Source of the DNA: the human T2T-CHM13v2.0 reference genome, Homo sapiens
Assembly (NCBI RefSeq): GCF_009914755.1
Contig: NC_060926.1
Reading direction: 5' to 3' (one strand)
Length of the DNA stretch: 64,000 nucleotides
Made by a program: the position numbers and the translations under genes. The notes beneath the pieces are model-generated. The model had not been told where the DNA came from. It worked only from the letters and a program-made list of their open reading frames with translations, and ran no database searches. This document shows, piece after piece, positions 48,076 through 62,324 of the stretch (the stretch's first letter is position 1; each line of letters opens with the position of its first letter).

Positions 48076-48560
48076 ACCCAAAGACAAACAAGGGCCAGGC
48101 CTGCCAAGAAGAGCTGGGACACGGGTTTGGCACCTGGGCCTTGGGCTCTGCCTGGAAAAAGCCAAGGAGTCCTGGAGCTGGCTCTCAGCTGGCAGGAGGA
48201 CCTGCTGCCAACTCTGCAGAGATGGGCCAGTTCTGGAAAGATGAGACAGGTGGGCGTGGGAGCTCCAGGGTGGGCCGCAGGCAGTGCCTGAGCCCTGGCC
48301 ATGGCTGCTCTGTGAGCTCTCTGCTGGCGTTTCAGTACTTTCCTAGGTTCAGCAGGATCTCAACTCTCCAAAGGGAGGGCTCTGCATCCCCTCTGGGTTG
48401 GCTTAGAAACCTGTGTCTGTCACTGAGGGCTCAGGCGGGCCCTGCAGGCAGATAAGGCCATGGGTCTGGCTGCAGCCCTCGCCTAGCCACACATGGACAA
48501 CAGAGGGTTAACGGCCCTCTCCAGGTGCTGCTCCGTCCATCCAGACCCTGCACCCCAGGC

Positions 48561-49264
48561 TGTAATCACTGGAGGAGTTCTTCCTGCCCACTGCATGAAG
48601 AAAGGTCGTGGAATTGCAGTAAAGAAAGAATTGAACAGACCCAAGGCCCGCCGTGCCATGTGGGAGACAGAGTTAGTACTGAAATTATCTTCAAAGCTTG
48701 TAGGTTAGGGGTTTTTCAAAGGCAGTTTGGGGGAAGAGTTGGGGGTGGCCAGGTAACAGGTGCTTGCTGTTGGCAGAGATGAAATCTTAGGGGGTCGAAG
48801 CTGTCCTCCTGGGTGCTGAGTCACTTCTGGGTGGGGCCACAGGGGCAAGGTTGGCGGGTCCAGGTGGAGCCATGGGTGTCAGACATGCAAAAGGCCTGAA
48901 AAGGTATCTCGGAAGGCCGACCTTAGGTTCACAACATTGGCATTATTTGCAGGAGTAATTAGGGAAGTTGCCTGTCTTCTGACCTCTGGCATCGTGGCTG
49001 ACAGTCTTTTATGTCTGCGCCTTAGCAGGAGTCAGGGCCCTCTACTCCCCCAGGCCTGATGGCCTCTCATTAGCTTTACAAAAGCAGCTGCGTTTTGGGA
49101 CAAGGCCTGTTACCATTTAAACTACAGCCTAAATGTCTTCAAAGTTAGCTCGGCCCAATACCCAGGAATAAGGAAGGGAAAGGAAAGATTGGGGGTAGGT
49201 TAGCTGAGATCTCTTTCACTGTCATAATTTTCTCACTGATACCATTTTTGCAAAGGTGGTTTCA
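48561..49264 (-). mobile_element. ERV1 solo LTR, LTR8 family
   Basis: Minus strand starts TGAAACCACCTTTGCAAAAA...AGTGAGAAAATTATGACAGTGAAAGAGATC and ends ...TTACA. 4-bp TSD AGGC. Confidence 0.88.
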
Positions 49265-50474
49265 AGGCCTCCTCCAGAAGGCATTTCTGCTCACTCCACT
49301 CCCTGATCAGAGATGGCTCCCTAGTGCTGAAAATCAATTCAAACGTCGCCTGACACCTGTGTCTTTTCCGTCTTTTCCGGCCGCCTCCAGCCTTCTTTCT
49401 CTGCCTGGCTTCTCCCCGTGGGGTGGGCCCTCCATGCCTACCAGCTGACCAGATACACCAGCCCCAAAGGGCCAGCTTCACTCAGGACCTTTGCTCCTGT
49501 GGTGTTTTGTTTTGTTAATCTCCACAATATTCAAATTCTGTTTCTCAAGGTCCAGGTGAAACTCCAGGGTCCGTGGATCTTTCCTGGCATTTGCGACCGG
49601 CCTATCTGGGGTCATTGCTTTGTCTTCACGCTCGTCTCCCACAAGTCTGTTAGGTCCCCTTTCTCTCACTCCCTGGAGCTCAGCTCAAGCCCTGGCACAA
49701 GGGAGATCTTGTTAAGGAGTGACGTGTTTGGTGTGTTAGCAGGCATCTATCTGAAAATGCTCTCAACCCTGGGCTCAGCCAAGCCCTGAAGGCAACAAGA
49801 TACCATCCCTCCTGCCCAAGTGTTTGGCTGAGTCCACGCTTGGCTGAGGACAGAGCCCTGAAATATCTCCCAGGCCCCTCATGGGAGCAGAAGGGAGCCA
49901 GTGTACCAGCTGGTGGCACCAGCCCATGCACCTGCTCACCCTTGAGCAGGAGCACGTCTTTGACCCCAGGAAGAACAGGAGGCAGGAGAGACTGTCCCCA
50001 GGGTGGGAGCTTTCCTGATGGTGGCTGCAGGGACCCCCTGGGCACAGAAGCCAACAGTGATGGTGGCCTGATCAGCTTGTGTTGCTCGGCCTCTGCCCCT
50101 GAGCTGGGCCCGCTGGGGGAGTCAGGGGAAATGTGGCAGCTCCCTGTGGGCTGGGGATTAGGGGAAAACAAACAGGTGGAATAACAGACAGCAAGGACCT
50201 TTGGTTCTCCCTCCTCCTGGGGCCCCTCCCCTTCCCGGTCATCTGGGTTTCCATTTTCACAAAGGTCTCACCCACAGTTTCTCTGCCCACACCATGAGCC
50301 TGGGCACAGGCAGGTCAGTGTCCTAAGATGCACCTTCCCAGCACAAAGGGGTCATGCAGCCCTCACTGGCCACGGAGTTCTGAGGGCAGGCAGAGGTTCT
50401 TAGAGTGGACTCCTGTCCCCAGTCACTTACTGGAGAAAAAAAGGTTAAGACAGGGAGGGGAAAAAAACTGTAAA

Positions 50475-50700
50475 CGAGTATTTAGTGAGTAGTTACTACA
50501 TGCGAGGCACAGTGCCAGACACTTCTCACGTGGGTTTCCTTGACTCTCACCGCAAACTGCAAAGTTAGTGTGGTTCTCCCCATTTTGCAGATCAGGAGAT
50601 TAAGGCTGAGTGTGGCTAAGGCAATGACTGCCTAGATATATCAGAACCAGGGATTAGACTCCTATGTCTGCTGACTCCAGATTTGATCTTCTTTCCTCTG
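50475..50700 (-). mobile_element. MIR
   Basis: ccccattttgcagatcaggagattaaggctgag...tctgctgactccaga. Confidence 0.75.
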
Positions 50701-53700
50701 CACTAGGGCAGGAGGGGAGGTGGGGAGCATCTACCTCCCCAGGCCAGGGGCAGTGTCCAGGCTGAGGGACATTCTGTGCTTCCAGGAGCTCCAAGTGACA
50801 GGACAGAGGGCACACTTGGTGATGTCATTCTCTGGAAGGGCACAGAATATGTTTGTGAGATCAAAGATCTTACAGATGGAGGGGCAGGGCTGGGTGGAGG
50901 AGGAGAAGCCCCGGTGAGTCACGCTGGGAAGACAGCAGCCCTGGGTACTGGCTGAGCCTCCTTGGAGCCCCCCACCCCTTCTCCCACACTCCATCATAAG
51001 GTTCCTCACTCATGGCTTTGTCCCTGGAGAAACCACACCCATCCCAGTAGAGGCCTGGATGTGGACTCTCCCCTCTGTCCCTCTCCATACCTGGCACCCT
51101 TTAGGGCTTGCCTTGGTCTCCCCACACCTCCACTCCCTTGGAAGACACTCCTGTGGGTGGCTGGGGCTCGCTCCCGCCTCAGGAAACCGCCTCACCGTGA
51201 GTCAGCAGCACACCATGGTCTCCAGGGCGGGTCTCCCTGGTGGTCTTCTCATTCTCTGGTCCCCACGGCAGGAGGCATGGGTAAGCTTGGGGCTCAGCAC
51301 ATGACAGAGAGCAGGCTGGGGCCGGGGTTCTTTGAGAATCCTGGGCATAGATGAATGAGCCTCGTGTGGGAGGTCCCGGCTGGAGTCCAGGCAGGCCGGG
51401 ACACTCCGGCTCCTCACTGAGCCCTGGCCTGGGTGCAGACCGTCATGTGCCTGTGGGTACAGCCTCTACGCTGAGCCTCACTTCCCCAGGCCAGAGAAGA
51501 GGGTGAGCCCAGAACATTCTGTGACTACAGGCTGTGCCGGCTGTGACCGTGCAAAGCGACCAGTGCGTTTCCAGTCACACACTGAGTAATCTAGAAAGCA
51601 GTAGCCACCCCACCAGCTTTCTTCTTAGAAATCTCCCAGCAAGCTGTCGGCTGCCTCTCCCTTAGAAACGGGGCTCTAGCAAGACACGAAGTGTGTCCAC
51701 TGGAGGCAACCCTGAGGTCCCTGGGCCACGAGCAGTTTGCGGGCGGCCTGAGGAGGCAGGCAGGGCTTCCCCCAGGCTGGAGGGGCCGTCTGCGGGCACT
51801 GGGGCTGGCAGGGAGCATTTCAGTGGCCCACAGCCCTCGTCCCTGCCACGGGCTTCTGCTCCTGCCCCAGAGCCCCTTTCTTGAGAAGCACTCCTGTGCC
51901 CCGTGCTCTCTTCGTGTTTTACGTAATTTCATCCAGTGTACACCCTGCTGCGGTCTCCCTGCAGGCTAAAGGGATCACTTTGAAGACTCTAACCCTTTAT
52001 TCCTTGTCTTGGGTGTCGAGGAAGGTGTCAGCCAGACCACAGCCGTGCTCGCCTATTCACTCAGCAAGTGCCTGAGGGGAAGGGGGTGTCGCCAGGGAAT
52101 GAAAGACTCAGCATTGGTGCCCTGGGGAGCTCCAGGGGGCAAAGTCAGGTGTACAAATAACTCCACAGCAACAAGGGTGACAAGGGCCTGGCCAGGATGC
52201 AAGCACAGGCATACGTGACAGGGAGGGAGAAGTTTGGCAGGCTTCCTGGAGGAAGGGGCATTTGGCTGACACTCGAAGGACCGACAAGATTGCCACACCT
52301 GGCATTTCTGTCTTGAATATTGAAAGAGGAGCAGGCTGAGTCAAGTCCCTGGCAGATGGAGCAGCTGCAGAGGGGGAGCGGGGAGCCCCAGACTGTGTTG
52401 AGCAGGACCTGGTTCATTGGGAGATAATGAGGATTGTGGGACATCATGAAACACTGTGTGAAAATGCCTGGCCTGCCGTGGAACCCACAGGCAGTGCTGA
52501 AGTAATGCTTACTTAAGCCTGAAACTAGTGATCACCTTGCGGGCAGATGCTGGTAGCCCAACCGCACTGGTCTGAGGGGATGGTGAGACATCAAACACCC
52601 GCCGCACAGCATGATCTCTGAAACGCTCTCCTAGGAAGGGATGACCATTGCGCCTCTTCCCCATGGTGACTAGAACTGTTAGTGTCTGTCGGGGGATGCA
52701 GCCATTGGCCCAGACCCCAGAGAGCAGCACGTGCAAACCTTCCCGGGTGTGGAAAGGTGGAGGCCATGCCCAGGCTCATGGAGCTCACCAGAGCAGGCTC
52801 AACCCTCCTAATCCCCGCTCCAGTCCCCTTCCTGGCAGATTCCTTTCTGTGTCCTGACTGAAGGCAAACTGGAGCCTATATGTACCTCAAGAGGAACAAT
52901 TCGTGTTCACTCAATGATGTCTGTTTAGACTTTTCTCCTCAGAGCCACTTGCTCAATCAGGCCTTCTGCCCCATCCAAAGGGGACACTGAAGAGTCCTAG
53001 GGTTCCAGCTCCTATATGTGCAGCCTCGAAGGACACAGATGCTCTTCACTGTCCCTGACAACAGAGCCAAAGCTTTTACTTCAACCCACAAGTAGCTTCT
53101 GAAGCAGAGGCACAAACAGATGGGTTCTTGCAGTAATTCCTTTCTGATCTCTGCACAGCCGCTAGCCCGGGCAGGCCTTCGTCCTGACAGGCCCAGGTAT
53201 AGGACTGCCCAGCAGGTGGACAACGAGCTGGGAGCGGTGGGAAGAACTGAGGGAGGGAATTCTGGCAGGATAAAGCCACCTTTCCTCAGGCTGATAGCAC
53301 ACTGAGGCCTGGGGTCTCCACTGCCTGTGGTTAGGGGTTTGGGCACAGTGCAGGGAATTTCACAACAGCCATTTTGTGGGAGCTGATGGGGGGCTGCTGA
53401 GAACCTCTACTCCAGCTCCTGGTGTGAGTGAGGAATCTGAGTCCCAGGGAGAGGCCGTGCGTGTGGAGTTCCCCAGGGCGTTAGTGATGGCACTGTCCCT
53501 AGGCCATGGCTCCTCCGCACAGCATACATCAAGCTGTCTCTGAATTTGAGGTGGGGGGGATTGAAAGTCGGTGATTTGCAAACACGTATTTATGAGTGCC
53601 CTGGTCAGAGCCCGATCACTGAGCCCCTTCTGCGTGGCCAACCCAGCTTTTCTTGTCTCCGAGTTTGCCTGCGAAGCCCACCCACCATGTCTCCAGGCCT

Positions 53701-54849
53701 CAGTCCCGGTTCTCCTCACCCCTGACTAGGTCTAACACTCGCCACACGTGGGGCATCTCCCCGTGCAGATATGATGCTGGCCCTGGGCACGTGGGCATGA
53801 GCCAGACACAGTCCACCCTCAAGGGCTCTGATCTGGTCGGAGGGTCAGGTGGGAGGGTCAGCCTCCCTATGGCATCTGTACCTCTGGGTCTATCAGGGAC
53901 ACGTCAGGGACACAGATGTGTCCAAACCTGGACAGGGGAGGCGGGCAGGGAGGACCCTTCTCTGAGGGTGCCGCTGGTGCCTGTCTCTGACTCCTTGGCC
54001 TGTGCTCGTTCTGCAGGAGGCATTCTTCCGTCCACTGGGGCAGGGAGATGGATGGGGGAATTGTTCTTTGACTCAGAGACCACCCAACACTCTGAAGCCA
54101 GGTCTACAAAATTACCATCAGCCTTGCTGCAGCCTGCCTCAGGTTGGATGCCCAAGAAGATATAGGGGATCTGGGGGCACAGATGGGAGGTGGAAGTGGA
54201 GAGACCCACACCCTGCTCCTCGTGGCTCCTGGCCAAGTTGGTGATATGTGACCTCATCTCACAACACTAGAGATGAGGAGATCCCACCCATCCAGGCTAT
54301 AGGCTGGTGGGAAGTCCACATAGGGAAGATCTTTCAAAAGGAGGAGGAGTTTGGACCCAGGCTTCCCAGACTCTGGGGGCATAGATGAAGCGGGGAAGCT
54401 ACTGCAGAGGAAGGAAGGCATGGGCAGGTGGGCAGAGGTAGGCTCTCGCTGGGATATATGAGCCAGGAGAATCCCATTGTACTACGCGGCCCGAGCAGCT
54501 CCTGGGCTGTCTTGCCACGAAGGCGGCGTCATTACCTCCAATTCACAGATGATGGAAGCAAGCACAGAGAGGATAGATGATCCACCCTGGGGCTCAGAGC
54601 CAGCAGCCAGAAGAAATCAGCATCTCAGCCGAGAAAGGAGAGAGCTCCCTGGAGAAGACACTAAAGGCGGCTGCGATGCCCTCTGGGCCTGACTGTGAGA
54701 AGCCTCTGAAGTCAGACCAGGGGATTCTCATAGTCGACTGCATACCCCACCCCTCTCCTGTAACTGAAATGGCCAGCTCCTCCAGGGACACTCCCTTTTG
54801 CTACTAGATTTGTCTTTGCTTCTGGAGGGACTTGAGGGAGCAGCTGGTA

Positions 54850-55060
54850 CAGGGGCATGAGCACAGCCCTGGGCTTTCACTCTGGGCTCCAGCACTCCTT
54901 AGCTGGGTGGTCCTGACAAGATCATTTCAGCTCTCTGATCTTCAGTTTCTTCACTGTAGCAAGATCTAATAATACATTGCAGTTGCTGCAAGGATTAGAG
55001 GTACTTACTATATGCAAAGTACTGGACATATGAGCATGCACAGTGGTGAGGAGCTATTAA
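54850..55060 (+). mobile_element. MIR
   Basis: ctctctgatcttcagtttcttcactgta...aggattag. Confidence 0.65.
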
Positions 55061-56078
55061 TGTTATGTCAGCTGCCGGCTGCAGCCGCCTCCTCCCCAGC
55101 AGTCCTGGCTCCAACCACCCAATCGCCTCTGAGGGGATTGCTCCAAACTTTGCTAACGCTGCAGAATAAAGGTGAATTTCCCAGGGATTTGTGGCAGGCC
55201 TCTATGGTCTGGAAGGTGCCCTGGACATAAGGCAATCAAGTGGCTTCCCTGGTCCAGCATCTTACACATTTTACCCAGCCTCCAAAAGAAGCTGGTGGAG
55301 ACAGCTGGTCCTGCAGCGTTCCCTCTCACAGGAGCTATTAGCTGTGTCATGCACCCATTTGTAATGAAATGGAAGCATTTTGATTTATCGGGGAAGCCGG
55401 ATTTTCTCCCAAATCCTTGCTGCTTTCATCCTTGGCCATGAAATAGTCCATTCTAATCTCATATGAAGGGGCAACAGTTACAAGGAGCCCATGAAATCTG
55501 ATCATCGACTGGGCTCCCAGCGGCAGCTTTGATGGCTGGGAGGGAGCAAGTCATCCTCAGCTTGGCGCTAATAGCCCCATGCATTATTGAAGAGCCAGTT
55601 TTCAGTGGCAGACACATGGAGAGAGACATCCAGAATGCAAGCTGGAGTGTCAGCTGCTTCCCTCACTCCTCAGTGATGGAGTCTTGTAATCCTGCAGAGC
55701 CACCAAAAACAGGCCCCTGACAGGGCTGTCTGTGCAGCTCAACACACCCTCATTGGAGGGCAGCTGACGTGGAACAAGCAAATAAGGTGAAGCCACTGCT
55801 TTCCAGTTCCCTCAGTTGGTGTTCCTCTGATCCAAATGTCTGAGGCATGAACGGCTGCCCGGGGAGCATCCTCAAGAAATGCACACTCAGTGACAAGGGT
55901 GCATGCGGAGGCCAGAGCTGACTGCAGCCAGGGCTGTGGCCTGATGGTGTTCCCTTAACCTTCTGAGTAGGGCTCTGATACTCAGTCTTTGGGGCCATGA
56001 GAGGCAAGGCAAAAAATGGGACTTAGTTATTGCTGAGACTTTGCTGGAAATGGTAAAAGGGGTGGGGAGGCTCACTGT

Positions 56079-57155
56079 TATCGGGGAACCTGCCCCTGAT
56101 AGTCATGTAGGTTCTTTTCTATTTTCCCTAAGCATTGGCTGGGTTGAGAAATAAAGGGACAGAGTACAAAAGAGAGAAATTTTAAAGCTGGGTGTCCGGG
56201 GGAGACATCACATGTCGGTAGGTTCCGTGATGCCCCCTGAGCCATAAAACCAGCAAGTTTTTATTAGGGATTTTCAAAAGGGGAGGGAGTGTATGAATAG
56301 GGTGTGGGTCACAGGGATCACATGCTTCACAAGGTAATAAGATATCACAAGGTAAATGGAGGCAGGGCGAGATCACAGGACCACAGGACCGGGGTAAAAT
56401 TAAAATTGCTAATGAAGTTTCTGCATGCATTGTCATTGATAACATCTTATCAGGAGACAGGGTTTGAGAGCAACCGGTCTGACCAAAATTTATTAGGCAG
56501 GAATTTCCTCATCCTAATAAGCCTGGGAGTGCTATGGGAGACTGGGGCTTATTTCATCCCTAGAGTTTCGACCATAGAAGACAGCCACACCCAAGGGGGC
56601 CATTTTAGAGGCCTATCCTCAGGGGCACATTCTCTTTCTCAGGTATGTTCCTTGCTGAGAAAAAGAATTCAGCGATATTTCTCCCATTTGCTTTTGAAAG
56701 AAGAGAAATATGGCTCTGTTCTGCCCAGCTCACCGGCGGTCAGAGTTTAAGGTTATCTCCCTTGTTCCCTGAACATTGCTGTTATCCTGTTCTTTTTTCA
56801 AGGTGCCCAGATTTCATATTGTTCAAACACACACGCTCTACAATTTGGGCAGTTAACACAATCATCACAGGGTCCTGAGGCGACATACATCCTCCTCAGC
56901 TTACGAGATGACAGGATTAAGAGATTAAAGTAAAGACAGCCATAGGAAATCACAAGGGTATTGATTGGGGAAGTGATAAGTGTCCATGAAATCTTCGCAA
57001 TTTATGTTTAGACATTGCAGTAAAGACAGGCATAAGAAATTATAAAAGTATTAATTTGGGGAACTAATAAATGTCCATGAAATCTTCACAATCCATGTTC
57101 TTCTGCCATGGCTTCAGCCAGTCCCTCCGTTCGGGGTCCCTGACTTCCTGCAACA
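56079..57155 (-). mobile_element. MER11 (HERV-K11/HML-8) complete solo LTR, MER11C-like
   Basis: Minus strand runs TGTTGCAGGAAGTCAGGGACCCCGAACGGAGGGAC...GGTTCCCCGATA. Internal repeats tgtccatgaaatcttc, AATAAA at 56265-56260 and a perfect 6-bp TSD CACTGT (56073-56078 and 57156-57161). Confidence 0.95.
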
Positions 57156-57199
57156 CACTGTGCCCATCCTCACTGTTTGAATTGAATAATCTAATCAAA

Positions 57200-58430
57200 C
57201 CCTTTTCATTTATCAAAATTGTTATTTGAATGTCTACAGTGTGCTGGGCCCTGAGTGAAGCACTGAAGATACAGCAGTGAACAAGGACAGATGGGATTTT
57301 CAGCCTTCAAGATGGCCATGGATGATCCCTTTCTCATTGTATTCATGCACTTATATAGCCCCTTTCCACATCGAATTAGGTTGACCTTTGTAATCAAGAG
57401 AACATTCTGGAATGATGAAGTAGTATGCCTGAAGTGAGGTCATTAGAAACATTGTGAGTTCTTGTTTTCTGGGGGAAGCCAGTGGCCATGTTGTGAGGGT
57501 ACTCAAGCAGCCCTATGGAGAAGCCCATGTGACCATTTTGGAAGTGGATCTTCCAGCCCCAGTCAAGCTTTCAGATGACTTTAGCCCTGGCCAACATCTT
57601 GACTGCAACCTCATGAGTGATCCTAACCCAGAATCACTCAGCAAAGCTGCCCTCAAACTCCTGTCCAATAGAAGCTGTGAGATAATAATTTGTTGTTTTA
57701 AGCTGCCATGTTTTGGGTGTAATTTGTTACACAACAATACATAGCTAATGCACAGGTCTTCAGTGAGTATCAGTCTGTTGGAAAATTAGTTATTGATTTT
57801 AAAACTCACACCAATAGCTATAAAATTGCAACTATGAAAATGGCTATAAATGGCTCTATTGGGAGGAGCTGACCTAGTCAGAGAGGTTACAAAAGGATTC
57901 CTCGAGAGAGTAATGGCTGATCTGAGGTGGAAGTAGAAGAAGGTGGGAAAGAGTATTCAGGTTGGGGAGCAGCTTGAGCCAAGGCCCTGGGTTGGGAGGA
58001 GCCAACCCAGGCACAGGAGGTAAGCAAGGAGGAGCTGAAGTGCAGGGAGGGAATGGCATGCAGGCGGGGCTGGAAATGCAGAAGGAATCTATTGCTATTC
58101 AGCCTAAGTGCAATGGGAGCCACCAAAGCATCTTAACGATGGACGGCATACTTGGATCTGGGCTTTCAAAGCTTCCTTAGTTTCTGTGGAGCATGGTTTG
58201 GAGATGTGAGGGTAAATGGGGGCATCACAGGAGCCCAGTAGAGGGGTGGGGTGTTCAGAACCAGGTGTTATTCATGGACATGGAGAAGGTGGAGAGACTG
58301 AGAACTATTTATAAAGTTAGACTGATGGTGCTTGTTGCCTAAATGGCCATGGGAAGTAAAGGAGAGAGAGGTTCACAGGATAAGTTTTAGATCACACAAC
58401 TGTGGATGGGCTGGGGGTTGGACCAGTCTG
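57200..58430 (-). mobile_element. L2 interrupted by MLT1F
   Basis: L2 tail at about 57200-57290 (atttgaatgtctacagtgtgctggg) and body at 57755-58430. Confidence 0.65.
57292..57752 (+). mobile_element. MLT1F-type solo LTR
   Basis: ggggaagccagtggccatgttgtgagg...ccccagtcaagctttcagatgac...ttgttgttttaagc...gctaatgca. Confidence 0.85.
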
Positions 58431-58575
58431 AGAGACTCTAGAGAAATGCACTTCATGGGGTCATGGGCTGGGGCGAGCCTGATACTCTGTCCAGGTGGTG
58501 CCAGCAGTCCTGAGGCCATGGGCATGTCCACCTCCTGCCTTTGGGCATGGCTCTGTCCTGTCAGAACTCACAGGC

Positions 58576-58935
58576 TGCACCAGACTGAATTGTGTCTCCC
58601 CAAATTCATATGGTGAAGCCCCAGCCCCTAATGTGAAGGTATTTGGAGATGGGGCCTTTGAGGGGTGTTAGGTTTTGATGAGGCTATGAGGATAGGACCT
58701 TCGTGATGGGATTAGTGCCCTTAGAAGAAACCAAAGAGCTTGCTCTCCCTCTCGCTCCATGTGAGGACACAGTGAGAAGGTGGTTGCCTGCAAGCCAGGA
58801 AGAGGGCTGTCACTAAGAACTGAATCGGGGGCACTCAGATCATGGGACTTCCAGCCTTCAGAGCTCTGAAAAATCAATGTGTTGTCTAGGCCACCCAGTC
58901 TGGGGTAGTTTGTTATGGCGGCCCTGAGCAAGACA
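58576..58935 (+). mobile_element. MLT1A-type solo LTR
   Basis: gactgaattgtgtctccccaaattcatatg...gggattagtgccctt...tttgttatggc...aagaca. Confidence 0.88.
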
Positions 58936-59059
58936 TGGTCTGAGGGAGTGGGTGAGATGCTCCCACAGAAACAATGAGGGAATAGCAGGTTGGTTTGGCT
59001 CCCTTCAAAGGGCAGATATGTCAGAATAAGCCTCTAAAGCAACAGCCCCCATGGAGCCC

Positions 59060-59931
<872 letters not shown>

Positions 59932-60359
59932 ATCTAGAAGAAAGAGGCCCCTTAACTCCACGGGGTCTTCTTCAGACCTCTCTTTCACCTGCAGCTGTCA
60001 TTAACAAGATTTCATGGGGTAGTACAGCTACGTTAGAAACAGGTATCTTAGACACGGATGGCTCAGATAGTCAGGCTTAACGCCCCTGTCCATAGCATTC
60101 ATGAAACCATTAGCTTGGACTGTAACACATACAGAAGCATTGCTTCTTGTTTGCAGGCTGAACAGTGTCCTGTGTAAAGGAAATGTTAGGAGGATCCATA
60201 TTCCTGTCCACACAAAGCAGACCCCAGGGCAACACTTTTCTAAGCACTGGCTTGTGTTCTCTGACTGGGGGAGCTGCTGGTTATCATGTCTCTGACCCCT
60301 TACACTCGCCTGTTAATTAGAACACAGACACTGATGTTTCCAAAAACACTGGAAAGACA

Positions 60360-60950
60360 GTTTGATATAATCATTTCCTGATTAGAAATCCTCCAGCCTC
60401 TCCAAATCATCTTGAGGTATTACGTCTCAAATCGTCATCAAGTCATGCCAGGTCCTTCGTAGGTTGGTCCCTCCCAGCCTCATCACCTCCTTCCAGCCTC
60501 GCCCAGCTACTGGAAGGCTCCCGAAGTCCCAGCAGGCTCTCTTGCTTATGGGACTTTGTATGTGTGATGTCCACCCCGAATCCCAGGGGTGCCTGCTTCC
60601 TTTCTTCTCCCTCTGCTCCTGCAGGATTCGTCGTAGAAGCATCCCTTCTGGGAAGCCCCGACTGACCTTTCCCACAAGGCCACCAGAACGTGAGCTGTCG
60701 TTCATGCTCACTTCTGCGCCATCAGCCCCAGGGTTGAGATCACACCTGTGCAAATCAGAGTATGTTGGTTGTTTATAGGTAGTGTCTGTTCTGATCAGTC
60801 AGCTTCTTATTCTAATTGCTTCTTGCCCAGGCCATTCTAGTTGTTAAATATTTCAGAAATCCACCCCTTCCAAAGGCCTTGAAAGAAAGCACTCCATAAA
60901 TATTGTTGAATGAATAAATGAACAAGTGCTGTGAATGAATCAATGAACAA
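60360..60950 (+). mobile_element. Degenerate L2 3' part
   Basis: Ends in cataaatattgttgaatgaataaatgaa. Confidence 0.6.
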
Positions 60951-61771
60951 AGTCACAAAGTGAGTTGCTTTATGAACCCCTGATTTCAGAGCTGGTGAGT
61001 AAGGCCCTTCTTTATCACCAGCCGTGCATTGAAAACAGCCTGCACTGCCTAGAGGTCTAAGCACTTCAGCTAATTAATAGTTTTCTCTGAATTACACAAT
61101 AGTAAATAATCAAGGCTTGAACTCTTTCAACTGACAATCTCTTTCCAACTGGCTGCCTCTTCACATACCCGCACCATGAGAAGCAGAGAACACCCTTCCA
61201 CCAATGGTATTTGGTTATGTCCATGACATACTTGGTCCAGTGGGAGCATTACTGAAGCCTCAGCCTTTGCAATTGTGATTTAACAACTCACATGACAGGT
61301 TAAGCTTCTAAACGAATGAATTGCAAAGTGCTCTGATTACTTGAAACAATTATGCATTTGAGTCAATATCCTTCCATAAATTACTGGGAAGAATTGTATT
61401 TCAAATCCAATCCAATCAGTGCCTGCATGTTGGAACACCCAAGAAAATCCCAGTGGCTCTGGATCAAGATACTCTTTCTCATTGTCCATTAAGCCTACTC
61501 TCTAGGGTCATCTTCACTCAGGGGAGGGTATAAAATAGTCATTTGGGTGAGGGTAGGCCATCTGTAGTATGAACAGGAGTGGCTCACACAGAGCAAGTCT
61601 AGACTCCTTTCACTGTCAATTTAAATATTTTAAGCTCTCCACTGTAGTCTTGCCCAGCCAAATTCACTCACCTTTATAGGCTGAGGTCAAGCCCACTTCT
61701 TCCAGGAAGCCTGACATCCTGGGCATGACACTGTGCTGGGGCTGGGTGCATCTATATGAATGAACACTTTT

Positions 61772-61907
61772 GGCCAAACATGGTGGCTCAAGTCTGCAAT
61801 CCCAGCATTTGGGGAGGCTGAGGCAGAAGGATTGCCTTAGGCCAGAAGTTCAAGACCAGCCTGGTAAGCATAGGGAGACCCTTATCTCTAATTTTTTTTT
61901 AAAAGAA
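61772..61907 (+). mobile_element. FLAM / Alu left monomer
   Basis: Single monomer with TSD GAATGAACACTTT at 61758 and 61908. Confidence 0.88.
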
Positions 61908-62017
61908 GAATGAACACTTTCTCAGTGTGTCAAGAGGACAGTCAAAGATGTGGCCACCAGTTAAATAAATAAACTGTTAAATGGATAACCTCAGGTTGCA
62001 ACTGAAAGTACCTAAAC

Positions 62018-62324
<307 letters not shown>

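Noticed and set aside
56930-57095. Internal ~90-bp tandem repeat in the MER11 LTR
   Set aside because: Such internal repeats are a normal MER11 family feature as I recall the consensus.
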